This document shows, piece after piece, positions 14,728 through 31,540 of a stretch of DNA of 64,000 nt. How positions within the stretch are numbered: position 1 is the stretch's first letter; every line of letters starts with the position of its first letter. Source of the DNA: the human T2T-CHM13v2.0 reference genome, Homo sapiens. Both the position numbers and the translations under genes were made by a program. The stretch is taken from the NCBI RefSeq assembly GCF_009914755.1, contig NC_060946.1. One strand, written 5' to 3'. Below the pieces are notes generated by a model that searched no databases, was not told the DNA's origin, and was given only the letters and a program-made list of their open reading frames with translations.

Positions 14728-15960
14728 ACTATCTTTCTTTCAAAAGCCAGTTAAACCTAAACGGTGTTACAACTACAAACTACACAGAATGACAATGGCA
14801 CAGCTGTCATTCAGAGACTAAATGAGAAACTGCAGAGGTTGCAGTGAGCTGAGATCATGCCACTGCACTCCAGCCTGGGCAACAGAGCAAGACCCCGTCT
14901 AAAAAAAAAAAAGAAAGAAAAAAAAGAAAATGTTCAGAGGAGGAGGGTTAGGAGGATCCCACGGGCCAAGGAAAGCCTCCTTACATAATTAAGTCTTCAG
15001 GTGTAGGGGCCTTCCAAGTCACATCTGAGAGGAACCAGAATCTACTGGGAATCATCTTAATATCTGCCTTTTTCTATCCACAGAGTAGCTTTTAGGGAGG
15101 CGTCCAAGAATCGCAGAACCATAACCATGCGCCTGCCTACATCTCAAATTCAGTAGATCCAAAGCCAAACTTGTTTTCCTCCCAAAAACCTAATCCCCTT
15201 CCCATCCTTCTTACTTCTTTAATGATATCACTATCTTTCCCAGTATTTTTTAAATGTCTGGGCCAACTTCAACTCTACCTCCTCACACTCACACTCCCCT
15301 CTTATCAATTTTACCCTGCCATGTTTTCCCATGCTGCAGTGGTAGCTCCCTGGCTGTGTCCTTGCCTGTAGTGTCTCTCTCCCATTTCAAGTTATCTTAA
15401 TCAAGCCTGGCCAGTTACTCTTCCTCAAGTACCGTGAATTTTTTCCTACCTCTTTTATTCACTTCACCTGGAAATGCCTACCCTGTTCATCTGAACTTCC
15501 CCACTCACTCCACAGCATTCAGTTACTCTAGGCCTCCTGTGAGCTACCTTTTATATGTTAGGGAAAAGTATAATATTTTGCCTTGTGTAATAGTAGCCCT
15601 TGAACATCTTACTTCTCCTACCAGTTTATAAGTTCCTGGAGAGAAGAGAATATCCCTTACTGATATATGTCCCCCATAGCACTTAATACATAGTAGGCAT
15701 TCAACAATGGTTTCTTGTACTGAACTGGATCTCAAAAGGATGTTACAAACAGTCTGAGAAACTGAACCAAGAGGCTATTATTATTTTACAAATTACCATT
15801 GTTAAGAACAAAGCCTTGGAGAACTAAATCGATAAAAACAGCAGGAGCTACAATAATAGCTGACACTTATGACGCACGTACTCTGTGCCAGACACTGTTT
15901 TACATTCTTTTATATTTTAACTTACTCTTCCTAACAGCCATATGAAGATACATTTTGGTG

Positions 15961-16258
15961 TTTTATTTTTTGAGACAAGGTCTCACTCTGTCACCCAGGC
16001 TGGAGTGCAGTGGCATGATCTCAGCTCACCAAGGCCTTGACGTCCCTGGCTCAACAGATCCTCCCACCTCAGCCTCTGGAGTAGCTGGAACTATAGGTGC
16101 ATGACACCATGCCCGGTAATTTTTTAATTTTTTTTTTTGTAGATACAGGGTTTCACCATGTTGCCCAGGTTGGTCTTGAACTCCTGGGCTGAAGTGATCT
16201 GTCCGTCTCAGCCTCCCAAAAGTGCTGAGATTACAGGTGTGAGGCACTATGCCTGGCC
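15961..16258 (-). mobile_element. Alu (AluJ-like) inside a MIR
   Basis: Antisense dimer; MIR core resumes after 16260. Confidence 0.85.
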
Positions 16259-16639
16259 AAGATAGGTATTATTAATCCTATTTTACCGAGAAGCAAAGTG
16301 AGGCCCAGCAGGTTTAAGTAATACACCTAAGGCTATCCCACTAATAAGAGGTAGAACAGGATTTGGAGACAAGCATTCTGATTCCAAAACCTGGGCTCCT
16401 TACTTTGCCTCTCTAGGATCTTCTGAAAGCCTGCTCTACTGTGATAACAGGAGTGGAGTGTGATCACCTGGGTTTATTCTCTGGTGAGACAGACAAAGGG
16501 GCTAAAACAGATGGTTCGACCAGAGTGAAAGGAATTCAGGTGATCAACTTCAGTAAAACAAATTTACTCTAGGAAGTTGATTTCAGAAAAAAATTATAAC
16601 CATAGATCAGCAACAATAATTGCATTAATAAAACACAAA

Positions 16640-16860
16640 TAATAAATGAGTGTGCTACTATGTGTCAGACCCTGTGTTAAGTGACTGTCATGCTTTTAAC
16701 TTATTTAATCCTTTAAAAAAGCCCTGTGAGGATGCTACAGTTATTATCTCCATTTTACAGATGAGGAAACTAAGAATCAGACCTTTAAAAGTTTGCCTTC
16801 TGTCACACAGCTCAAAGGTACTGGAACTAGGATTCGTACCCACATTTCTGTGACTCTAAA
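16640..16860 (-). mobile_element. MIR
   Basis: Core ttattatctccattttacagatgaggaaactaag. Confidence 0.75.
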
Positions 16861-19570
16861 GTGGAGGCACCTGATCATATGCAATGTGCCTCTTTGTCAG
16901 AAAGAAAAAGGAGAGCCAAGCAGGATAAAATCTAAGAGGGATAAAAGGGCAAATAATTGTCATCTTTTAGAGTGTTTCTAAAGCCCAGTGTAAGATGAAC
17001 TATTAGAAAATTATTAAATGTGACAAATTAATTTTATTTCAGAGAATAAGGGAACAATGCAATTCAGTAAGTCTGAACACTTCAAAGAAACAATAACATA
17101 AGCAATGGCTATTAATCCAAGAATAATTTTGAAATATTAACCACTAGCCTTCTTAAGTAAACCATATATGAATAGGGCCATAGGGATATTACATAAACTT
17201 CTTGATTGAAAAACTTCTTGCTTCATGAACGCAAAAATTTAAATTTATGAAAGCTAACACATTTAATAAATTTGATTCAAGTTTTCTGTGGAGATTACAG
17301 TAAAGGCATATTCAGCTTATATATACATACACATATACACAACCGTGTATATATTATGCATGTGTATATATATATATATATTTATACACACACATATACA
17401 GCTCCAGTACAAAGACGAAAGCTTATCTAATAAACCTTTTCCATCTCTAAAACTGAATGAAATTAAAGTTCAGTTATCTGAAAATTCCATCTTGTCCCTC
17501 CCAGGAGTTAACTTTGAACTCTGTGCTTATCTGACATCTGACAAAGTTCCCCACTCAAATAACAGAATTATCCTGTATCAGTATCATCTTGGGTACTGCA
17601 ATAACCTGATTTAGGTATGTGTTGTTTTATGCACTGCATAACCTTCAATGGTTACAAAGAGGGGGAAAAAAGACTGAAGCAGTAAACTCAGAATTATGGC
17701 AGTCAACCTATAATTCATTTTGTTTTATAATTTATCTGCTTTATGTTTATCTGTGTAGACTAAAAATGATCCATCGTCTAAGACTTCCAACTACAAAGAA
17801 ACAGCTGTTTATATGGAGTTTTTGTTTCCTTGGTCTATTAATTCCTCTTAATTCTAAGCATTCTAAACAAAATGACTTTACATTTCCAGACCTTAGGATT
17901 ATTCATTTTAGAAGCAATTATTTAATAACCTACTTTCAGTAAATACCACAGAGCCATATGTTCTGTGTTCACTGCCAAAGTTACCAAAATCAGGAATAAA
18001 TTTCAGAGGCCATAAATTTAATACACATCCACTCTCACCGAGAAATATCTGAAACAAATGATGATTTTTCACAGACAGTATAAGCCTATGGAGATTTAGG
18101 AGAGTAGGAATTTTGACATCTTTCTATGTCATTGTATATCACTACTTAGATTTGCTCATCATTCCCCAAGCCAATAAAGACTCAACAAAAATATTTATTT
18201 GTATACAAGCATAAGTCTTTAATCCTTTACTGTTACTGATTTCCACAAATTTAATATATCATGTTTCTAAATGGGCCTGTGTGAACAACCTATACATAGA
18301 TGAACAGATGTCTTTAGAGCTGATGGGTGGTGAATCAACTGAGTTGCCTGCCAGAAAAGAATGGAATAAAAAGAAAAGAAACCCAACCATAAAGTGAAAA
18401 ACCCTAGGTTCTCCACTCTCCATGGAAATAATCAAGTTTTTTACCTGCCTCAAACAAAGGCATCAATTGCTATTTGAATAACTAGCTACTTTGGGGGTGA
18501 GGGAAAAGCCAAGGAGTGACCTTAATATATCTCTGCCCTGTAAGACCATGGAAGGATGTTGATAGGATTCGAGGGGTAATACCCAAGAAATGAACACATC
18601 AAACAGCTGGGTCAATCAAGACTGGAACAAGAAAGGAGTAAGAAGTGGAGTTCTCAAGCCTAGCTCTTCCACCGGTCATTTGTCCTGGATTTCACTGGAA
18701 AGGAAACATGCAGTTGATAGCTGTTCCTACCTTATACATGTATTGATTCCACCAAGACTTCTACAATCAGAAGATAAAGTATAAATTATGAGGAAGTAGA
18801 AAAGAATAGGAAGGTGGGGTTAGTATGGGAAGAACAGGACAGTAAAAAAACAAGACCCCTCCCTCCACATAATCTTTTGCCCAGCTAAGTCCTCTCAAGG
18901 AAGATTCTCAGACTGTAGGGACATTTCATTAACTGAGCTGTAACTCAGGAATACTGACAAGTCTTTTTCTCATGAAACTTCTAATCAAATGACAATAAAC
19001 TTGGCCACCACTTTTCAGAATATTTATGTTAGAAAAGGCTCCAAAACAAACTTGTTGATGAGTAAAGGAAATGCCCCTGGACTAGAAATTATATGCCAGC
19101 CAAAACAGTGCTGCATTTGAAAATTAATGAGGTGTATATGCTTGAGGAGACCAAAATGCAGACAAGCCTTCTCAAAAATCTTTTCTCTTCCCCCACTCAG
19201 ATATTTGGCTTCCAACTCTGGAGGCTGTCATACTTCAGGGGGGAAACTGCTATCCAGAAACAATCAACTGAAAGACTGGTCTGGTTGGAGCCAAGTTTGA
19301 ATGCATCAGTTTTCATGAGAATTAACAATGACCTTCACACTAAAAACATTAAAATAGCCCCAGTATACTAGAAAGTAAATTAATAGATGTCATTTCTGGC
19401 ATTTGTAAGGTACAACTAATACTAGAGCATTTCTACATTTTAATAAATTGCATGGTGCTTATTTAACTAACTTTGAATAAGGAGTATTTGAGTTTATCTC
19501 CTCTAAAAATCGCAATCTACCTCACTCTCAACAATAGACAGAACAACTAGGTAGAAATTAGTAAGGATAT

Positions 19571-19974
19571 TGAAACAGTTCAAATGTGTGCCCCCTCCAA
19601 ACCTCATGCTGAGATATGATCCCCAATGTTGGAGGCGGGGCCTAGTGGGAAGTGTCTGGGTCATGGCGGCAGATGTCCTGGGAGTGGCTTGGTGCCCTCC
19701 CCGCAAGTAATGAGTTCTCACTCTTTTAGCTCATGTGCATGCTGGTTTAAAAGAGCATGGGATCTCTCTTGCTCCCTCTCTCGCCATGTGACACTCCTGC
19801 TCCCCATGTGCCTTCTGTCATAAGTAAAAGCTTCCTGAGGCCTCTCTAGAAGCTGAGCAGACGCTGGTGCAATGCTTGTACAGCCTGAAAAACCATGAGC
19901 CAAATAAACCTCTTTTCTTTATAAATTAACCAGCCTCATGTACCCCTTTTAGCAACCCAAAACAGACTAATGCA
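19571..19974 (+). mobile_element. MST-family MaLR solo LTR (MSTB-like)
   Basis: TG...CA ends, ccccaatgttggaggcggggcctagtggga and agccaaataaacctcttttctttataaat motifs, 5-bp TSD gatat/gacat. Interrupts an L1. Confidence 0.85.
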
Positions 19975-20336
19975 GACATATAGGATTTGAACTACACCAT
20001 CAACCAAATAGAATTAACAAACATATAGAACACTCCACCTAACAATGGCAGAATATACACTCTTTTCAAGCACACATGGAACACTCCCCAGGTCACAACA
20101 CATACCAAGCAATAAAACAAATTTCAGTACATTTAAAAGGATTAAAATCATTCTGTGATGACAATGGAATTAAATTAGAAATCAAAAACAGGCCAGGCAT
20201 GGTGGCTCACACCTACAACCCCAGCACTTTGGGAGGCTGAAGCAGAAAAATCGCTTGAGGCCAGGAGTCAGAGACCAACCTGGGCAAAATAGCAAGACCC
20301 CCATCTCTATAAATATTATGTATATAAAGAATATAT

Positions 20337-20621
20337 GGCTGGGCACAGTGGCTCACGCCTGTAATCCCAACACTTTGGGAGGCCAAGACAGGTGGATCAC
20401 CTCAGGTCAGCAGTTCAAGACCAGCCTGGCCAACATGGTGAAACCCCGTCTCCACTAAAAATACACAAATTAGGCAAGCATGGCGGCGGGTGCCTATAAT
20501 CCCAGCTACTCAGGAGGCTGAGGTAGTAGAATTGCTTGAACCCTGGAGGTGGATGTTGCAGTGAGCCGAGATTGTACCACTGCATTCTAGCCTGGGTGAC
20601 ACAGCAAGACCCCATCTCCAA

Positions 20622-20622
<1 letters not shown>
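20337..20622 (+). mobile_element. Alu
   Basis: Sense dimer followed by (TA)n; an Alu monomer at 20191-20312 precedes it. Confidence 0.88.

Positions 20623-20626
<4 letters not shown>

Positions 20627-20696
<70 letters not shown>
20627..20696. repeat. (TA)n microsatellite
   Basis: About 70 bp of alternating TA with one CA interruption. Confidence 0.95.
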
Positions 20697-21017
20697 AAGA
20701 AACATAATAAAGAGCAAAAGAAAATTTGGGAAATTCATAAATATGCAGAAATTAAAGAGCACACCCTTAAACAGCCAATGGGTCAAAAGAGAATGAGAGA
20801 AATTAGAAAGTACTTTGAACTAAACAATTTATCAAAATTTCTGGAATACAGCTGAAACAGTGCTTAGAGGGAAACTCATAGGTTTATATTAGAAAATTCA
20901 CAGCCTACACTGGAAAAGAAGATCTGAAATACATGCGGTAAGCCTTTACCTTAAGAAACTAGATGAATATGAAATTCAGCTAATTTTAAAAAAGGAAACT
21001 AGGAAAAGAGCAAATTA

Positions 21018-21404
<387 letters not shown>

Positions 21405-21414
21405 TCAATAGTCA

Positions 21415-22310
<896 letters not shown>

Positions 22311-23578
22311 AATACCAATCATTCACAAACTCTTCCAGGAAACAGAGGAGAAAACACTTCCCCAACTCATTTAATGAAGCTGGTATTATTCTCTGATTCC
22401 AAAGCCAGAGAAAGACATCAAAACAAAACTACAGGTGAATATGCCTTATTAACATAGTCACAAAATTCCTCAACAAAATACTAGGAAATGAAGCCAGGAC
22501 TGGAACCAAATATTCTGTATCCTTATCCCTGTAATCCTTCTCTCATTCCAGTGATTCTCAACCCTTACCCTTCACAATGAAATCATCTGGGAAGGTTTTT
22601 AATTGGTCTGGAATGGGGCCTAGACCTCATCTCTTTAAAAAGCTTAGCAGGTAATTCTAATGCAATGCCATGTCAAGAGCTACCCTATGTAATGCTAATT
22701 TGGCCTAATTTAAGCTTACTTTATATGGAGAAATTAAATATGCTCCACCCATGTTCGTGATGCCAATGATAGATCATGGCAAGTAAATAGTGCGAAGCAG
22801 GTTTAATCCACCTAATAAGCAGTAAGTAGCCTTTCCTCTGATACTGTTTTAAGGCACATCATCTTTTGCTGTGTTTTGAACAATGATTCAGTTTTTAAGT
22901 TAAAATTTTTTGACAATAAACATGTTATTATTTCCATGATCATTTTTAATATTTTTTCACATTGAAAAACTTAAGAATGAATAACAAATAATTTTTTTCT
23001 CAAATTCCTTTTTAACAAACGAATAATTTAATAAACAATCATGTGAACACTTCTAGGAGGTGTCAACTCCCATCTCATGAAGTTTAGCATTAAACTCAGA
23101 CATCTAGAGAACAGGATACAGACCAGGGATATCCACTGTCACAAATTATCAACACATTTCCCAGCTTCCATGGTGTCTTGGCATCTTAGCTATGGACCTC
23201 CCAGGACCTGGAGGACACAGGGCAACAGAGACCACAACAAATTCACACATAGCTCCTGGAGCAGAGGACAAAGAGCAGTGAAAATGGACCCCCAAGCTCT
23301 GGCTAAAAATTGTTAATTTGTTCAAAAGTTTCCAACAGGAGAGAAATTTCATTTTCCAACATACTTCTTCCATAAAATGTATTTGTAGACTACCACTAAA
23401 GGTTTGTCAAGGGGAAGAAAATGGCTAAAGAACAACCCAATAAAGAGATAAAATCTGTTATCTCTAGATGCACTTCTGTGAATTTTCTATCTAAATTTAA
23501 TGCATACGATATGATGCAGTATCTTCTAAGTTCTCTTTTATATACAGTGTAGTACATTTACTAATAAATATTAACTGG

Positions 23579-23873
23579 TTTTTATTTTATTTGAGACAGG
23601 TTCTCACTCTGTTGTCCAGGCTGAAGTGCAGTGGTATGATCACGGCTCACCGCAGCCTTGACCCACCAGGCTCAAACAATCCTCCCACCTCAGCCGCCTG
23701 AGTAGCTGGGATTATAGACTTGTACCACCACACCCAGCTAATTTTTAAATTTTTTTGTAGAGATGAGGTCTCACTGTTGCCCAGACTGGTATCGAACTCC
23801 TGGGCTCAGTTAATCCTCCCACTTCGGCCTCCCAAAGTGCTGGGATTACAGGTGTGAGCCACTGTACCCAGCC
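23579..23873 (-). mobile_element. Alu (AluJ-like)
   Basis: Antisense dimer; TSD aatattaactg. Confidence 0.9.
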
Positions 23874-24482
23874 AATATTAACTGTTAAAAGTAGTTTCGG
23901 ATGGTATTTCCTTACTCTAAGTTCATAGCCTCCTATAAATTCCTAAAGCTTGATCTGCTAATAATTGGTATATTTTTTCTCTAATTTTCAGGCACCAGTC
24001 CCAGAAAAAATAAGCAAATGCAACTTAATTCAGCAACAGACACCAATACTTTTAGCTTCAAACTAGGGAATGTGTTTTACCAGGAAGGTCAGAGAAGGAA
24101 CAGGTTGGGTGCTAGCCTTAAGTGAAGCTCAGCATGCAGATAATTAGAATACCCATCTTTGCAACAGTGAATTATACCTATTTTACTGGTGTATTTTACA
24201 TTATATTTATCCTATATGCCTGAAAAATCATTTAGTGGCATCCAAATTGTAAAACCACATGGCCTACCAATTAGAACCAAAGGCTGTTCAGAACACTCAC
24301 CAGTTTCATTCTTAGAATGCATGATTAAAAGTAGGTGAAGGGTGTCCCCAGAAGCAGGTGCTACTCAAGTTCTGCTGCCTGGGTTACTTTCCAGCATCAC
24401 TACCAATATAAGGATTGGGAATCAGGGTGTGGAGAGAGATCTTCTCTATTCACTCACCTAACAAGTATTTACTAAACAACTA

Positions 24483-24561
24483 TAGGTTGGCACAAAAGTA
24501 ATTGAGGCTTTTGTCATTGCTTTTAATGGCAAAAGCTGCAATTATTTTTGCACCAACATAA
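24483..24561. mobile_element. MADE1 mariner-derived MITE inserted in an L2
   Basis: About 80-bp palindromic element taggttggcacaaaagtaattg...caattatttttgcaccaacataa with TA flanks. Confidence 0.9.
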
Positions 24562-25212
24562 TACTATTGTGTTAGGTCCTGTGCTAGGTACTAGATACAC
24601 CTATGATCTCTGCTCACATAAAGCTTTCAGTCCAGTGGGACAACAGAGATCAAATCAATGACAACAAACAAATAAATTCAAGTTGTGATCAATATTTTAC
24701 AGAAAAAGAAAAAAGGATATGAGAGAGCCCTGAACTCTCCAGTATTTCCTTCTTTAATGTTATATGATAATAAACTTTTCACATTGCTCTTTATATTAAT
24801 ATACAGTCAATTGTTTATGATGCTAAAACTCTTTGAAAAGTAGAGATTTCAGGGGAAGTCATAAAAACAAGTAAGTTAAGGCACACAGTGTCATTTACTC
24901 ACTTTACTCTCACTTGCTTGGATGCTCTAGAGTTCATGTACTAGTTGGTCAGCACATATACTTACCTCACATCCATGCCTTATTCAGTTCTTCCTTAGCT
25001 CCTTGTCCCAACCTCTCTTTCCTTGCATTCATTCAAGAAATATGAGGGCCTACTGTATGCCAGATACTCTCTGTTTGTTGCTGGGGATACAGTAGTGACT
25101 GAAGGCCCCACCTTCAGTGAGTTTACAGTTTCATGAGGGAAACATACATAAAGTAAGTTCTAATTTGTGTGAAGAGTATTTCCAAAGAAAACAGACACTA
25201 TATCTTAACTGA

Positions 25213-25560
<348 letters not shown>

Positions 25561-25674
25561 TAATTATTCACTTTGAATCCATTAGAGCTAGGAGTTCTGT
25601 GAGAATGAGAACCATGTCTTACACAGATTTGTATCTCTAATAACTGGCCCTGTCTTTAAGATACAAAAGCCATC

Positions 25675-25998
<324 letters not shown>

Positions 25999-26277
25999 CT
26001 AGACAAGTGTAACATTAGCTAGCACACATGCCAAGAGTGGGCATGCCCTACTACTGGCAAATTCAAGTCTTATGTGGCCTTTTGTGTGAGACACATGTGT
26101 ACATTAAAAATAAAAAGAATTGCTTGTTTCTTTAAAACAACAATTAAAATAGTTATGTATTTTTCAGTTATCATAAGAGCAGAAAGATGGTACTGCCCAA
26201 CACTGGAAGTCAGAGAAAAAGAGAAACAAGATCTTTTCTATGCAAGATAGCACTAGGGTACATAAAAATGGCGTCTC

Positions 26278-26627
<350 letters not shown>

Positions 26628-26867
26628 CTATTTCCTGATAACATTCCCCAAAAGTAAGACTCCTCTGGGCCCCTACTAATATGCGCCCACGAGTCTGTCC
26701 TGATACAGCCTAAAAAGATACGAAAGAGAAGACAGATGTCTCTGTGTTCCCTAACTTGGTTTGATTACCTCTCTTGCTTTCTGGTTCTTGAGCCCTACCC
26801 TGTCCTACAGCATCCAATGGAATTGTTTCCTCTCCTGCTTCTTACATATAATGTTATTTCTAAACAT

Positions 26868-27164
26868 GTTTCTTTTCTTTTTTGTTTTTTGAGATAGGAT
26901 CTTGCTCTGTCACCCAGGCTGGAGAGCAGTGGTGCAATCTTGGCTCACTGCAGCCTCAACTTCCTGGGCTCAAGCAATTGATCCTCTTGCCTCAGCTTCT
27001 TCAGTAGCTGGGACCACAGGCACGCACCACCACAAATGGCTAATTTTTTGTACAGACAGGGTTTCGCCTGTTGCCCAGGCTAGTCTTGAACTCCTGGGCT
27101 CAAATGATCCACCCACCGCGGCCTCCCAAAGTGCTGGAGTACAGATATGAACCACCGCGCAGCC
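26868..27164 (-). mobile_element. Alu (AluJ-like)
   Basis: Antisense dimer; taaaca on both flanks. Confidence 0.87.
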
Positions 27165-27416
27165 TAAACACTAAGTTTCTCTTGTCCTTTTCATGATAAT
27201 TTTCTTCCTTCAACTTGTGAAACCAGCCTGAATGGGTAAGCACAGTGTACACTGTGCCAAAAACATCTCTCTGGCTTGTTTTTAATATAAACAAAAGCAT
27301 TGTAAAGGCCCAATGTATTTTATAATTAGCCCTATCCTTAACCAGAAAGGGTTTACTGTCAACTCAACTGATTTCTGGGTAAAGGGTTAACAGCACTGAA
27401 TGTGGGGTTGGTTTTA

Positions 27417-27859
<443 letters not shown>

Positions 27860-28634
27860 CTAGCTCTGTTGCTACCTAATCAAGTAACTTTATCTTTTTT
27901 TCCTCAATTTTCTCACTATAATTCAATTTTGAAAACTAATCCATATACCCTTTGAAACTCAAAAGACCACAATGTACATGAAAAGTGATTTGTAAAATTA
28001 TAATACAGATTACATATGTTTCATTAGAGGCTTTTACATCAGATTTTCCCTAGGGCAAAGTAAAAACTGTAAGTAATCTGGTACCACACCTCCAACAAGA
28101 TAATTTATTCTGCAAGGTAAAATGATCTTATATCAAGCCACGCTTATTTAAATCACATCCCAAGTTGTTCTTGGTGGGGGTTGGGGGTGGGGGATGCGGA
28201 GAGATGAAAGGAAGGGTAAAGGAAAGGGGAAGGAGAGGAGGGAAAGGAATGAAAAAGGAAAGGGGAAACAAAAAGAAAGGGAACTATTTTTCTTTGGAAG
28301 GCAGTTTAGGAACATGTAGTCAGTGAAGCAGGCTCTGGTAATTATAAAGAGCAAGCTTCAGAGAGAGGCAGAAGAATCAGTACCCATTCATTATTAAAAT
28401 CAAATATACAGTTGAGTGTTCAAAAAAAGCATGCTCCTGAAATTCTAAGCTATCAATACCAAAATAGTTGTTAAAGGATCCAGAAAGGTCCATTTATCTT
28501 TTGCCAGAGAAACGAGCTGCTGAAATTCTTGAGATTCAGATCCAAAGTTAAGATAAAAAGGAGGAAGTGGAGGTGAAGAAAGGAAAGTAAATTCTCCTTG
28601 GGAGTCTATTGACCAACCATCTACAAATCTTATG

Positions 28635-28899
28635 ATTAAATGCAATGTGGTATCCTAGATTGGATCTGGGAACTGAAAAACGACATTAGTGGGAAAACGA
28701 ATGAAATCCAAATGAAGTTTGGAGTTTACTTAACAGTAATGTACTAATGTTCATCTCTCAGTTTTGACAAATGTACCATAGTTATGTAAGATGCTAACAT
28801 TAGGGGCAACTGGATCAAGGATACACAGGAACTCTCCGTACTATCTTTGTAACTTTCTTCTAAGTCTAAAATCATTCCAAATAAAGTTTATTTTCAAAA
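28635..28899 (+). mobile_element. Old L1M 3' UTR fragment
   Basis: tgcaatgtggtatcctagattggat...gttatgtaagatgctaacattagggg...tactatctttgtaactttc...aataaagttta is typical of an L1MC/MD 3' end. Confidence 0.7.
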
Positions 28900-28907
28900 C
28901 CCACGGA

Positions 28908-29950
28908 GGGCCTTTTCCTCTTGGAAGTCCCCTCTCTCTCACTAGAGAGCAAACTGTTTTCCTTTCTCTTTCCTTCTCTTTCTTTTGCCTATGAAACCTC
29001 CACTCCTAAACTCCTCGTACGTGTCCATGTCCTAAATTTTCTTGGCGTGAGACGACGAATCTCAAGTATTTACCCCAGACAACACAGCCACTTCATACTG
29101 GGGACCTCGTCTGGGATACCAAGGTACAACATTCATTGTTACAACATGCAACATCTGGTGGAGGCAAACCAGTGTTACAACCCATCGGAATGGCTCCGAC
29201 AGCAATCAAACTCCAAATGGTGCTGTACACCGAACCACACATGGACACACCTTTCATCTGAAGACCCTTAGATTGACCCCAGGAGGAGCCCTAGCTGCTG
29301 TTCCACACACAATGCCCCTTTTCAGCAGGAAGGAGCCAGAAAGAGTTGTCCAACACCCCCTAACAGCAGTTAGCATTACCATTCCAGAGGAGTGAATGAT
29401 ACAGGAGTTAAGAAATTACTTAGGCAGATAGGGAGGGTATGGAAGTCCTCAGTAAGGTTTTCCTTTTTAATGAAAAGCAGCCCCAAATCATTTTCTAACA
29501 AAGAGCAGCCTGTAAAGTTGAGCTGCTGAAATAGATAAGCAAGCTGAGCGCTTGCACAGGTGAATGCCAGCAGGAAAGAACTACCTGGAACTAATCATGT
29601 TCAAAATGAAGCCTCCACCTTCCCTTCTCTGCCAGCCACATATACAGTAAGGAGCAGACAAGATGGCGCCAGCTAAGGGGAGAATGCATTTGCATAATAA
29701 GATTAGGGTGGGGCAACCAGCCTTCCCCACTCACTATGTAAACATCACACCTGATCAAATCAATCTGTGAGCCCTATGTAAATCAGACACCACCTCCTCA
29801 CACCCAACTATAAAATCTGGGGCATCCGCTGCTGCTGGCCGGCCTTTCCTCTCGCAAGTCCCCTCTTTCTCACGAGAGAGAGCTGTTTTCCTTTCCCTTT
29901 CTTCTGCCTATTAAACCTCTGCTCCTAAAAAAATAAAATAAAATAAAAAA
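28908..29950 (+). mobile_element. Processed (L1-retrocopied) ERV1 transcript: R-U5, PBS-Pro, 300-bp internal, PPT, U3-R, polyA (LTR9/HUERS-P3-like)
   Basis: R sequence present twice (28909 and 29841). U5 ends ...CTTCA at 29095. PBS tggggacctcgtctgggat 29099-29117. env-tail-like AIKLQMV from 29202. 3' LTR starts TGATACAGG at 29397. TATAAAA 29809, ATTAAA 29910, A-tail from 29927. Confidence 0.85.
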
Positions 29951-30084
29951 CATGGATTTGCCCTAGCTTTAGAAAAATTGATGAATCAATTATGAAACAC
30001 AACAAATGTCAGGTTTTTCAAACTGAAATGCTGCCATCTCTTGGAGAGAAAGAAATTATCAATTCCTATAAATGATTCCTGTAA

Positions 30085-30242
30085 ATCAACATGGTGCTCA
30101 AAGGAAATGCTCAATGGAGCATGTCAGATTTCAGATATGGATGTTCAACCAGCAAATATATAATGCAAATATTCCAAAATCTGAAAGAAATCCAAAATGC
30201 AAAACACCTGTAGTCTCAAACATTTCTGATAAGGAATACTCT
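30085..30242. mobile_element. Tigger4/Zombi-like DNA transposon end fragment
   Basis: atgcaaatattccaaaatctgaaagaaatccaaaat...aaacatttctgataaggaatactc matches the recalled Tigger4/MER46 terminus. Confidence 0.65.
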
Positions 30243-30469
30243 TATAATACCAAAATATAATAGATATCTTCTATTTAATCTGAATACTGTCAAGGATGAA
30301 GGCTCTTGATTAATGAAGTAGGTTCCTGGGCTGGTAAACCTGGGCAACTTACACATCTAACCAGGTAACTTTCAAAGAATAAGCTTATGAAAATCTAACT
30401 TAAGTTATTAAAATATGCAAGTGAAAGGTCTCTATATTGTGTAATAACTTATAAAATGGTGTAAACATG

Positions 30470-30640
30470 CATGCATCATCTTATTTCTCACAACAAAGCT
30501 ATGCAGACGATACAACTGTCATACCATTTTGTAGATGAGGAAATTGAGGTTTAGACCGATTAAGCAACTTGCTCAAGGTCATAAAGTAAAAGGTAGAGCA
30601 GAAATTGGAACCCAGCTCTGTCTGAATGTATAGCCTGAAT
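30470..30640 (-). mobile_element. MIR
   Basis: ccattttgtagatgaggaaattgaggtttaga..ttaagcaacttgctcaaggtca. Confidence 0.75.
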
Positions 30641-31079
30641 CTTCAATCACCTCTCTTTTCTCATAAAACACACCAGTTCTCTGTATGTTTATTTTTTTTT
30701 TTTTATGTTTTGTCAAGATGGGGTCCTGCATTGTTGCCCAGGCTGGCCTTGAATTCCTGGCCTCCAGTTATCCTCCTACCTTGGCCTCCCAAATTCCTGG
30801 GATTACAGTCATGATGAAACACTGCACCCCCACTCCTCTGTTTTAAAATGACACTATATTGATAGTGTTATCAGCATGACATGCTGATATGGATGGAAAA
30901 AAGTGATCTACATACTTACTAACTAGGGGAAAATCCAGGTGATTTCAGTGAATAGTATGGAACATGTAGAGTATATGACACAGTAGAACTCTGGAGACTG
31001 AAAACAATGCTTATGTTCTAATTCCAAAAGGAATCGAGATTTTAACAGGATAACGGTGGTCACATCTAAAGGTTATTCA

Positions 31080-31540
<461 letters not shown>

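Noticed and set aside
28921-29271. 116-aa ORF in the ERV element
   Set aside because: Spans LTR R-U5 and leader; the env-like remnant is in another frame and has stops.
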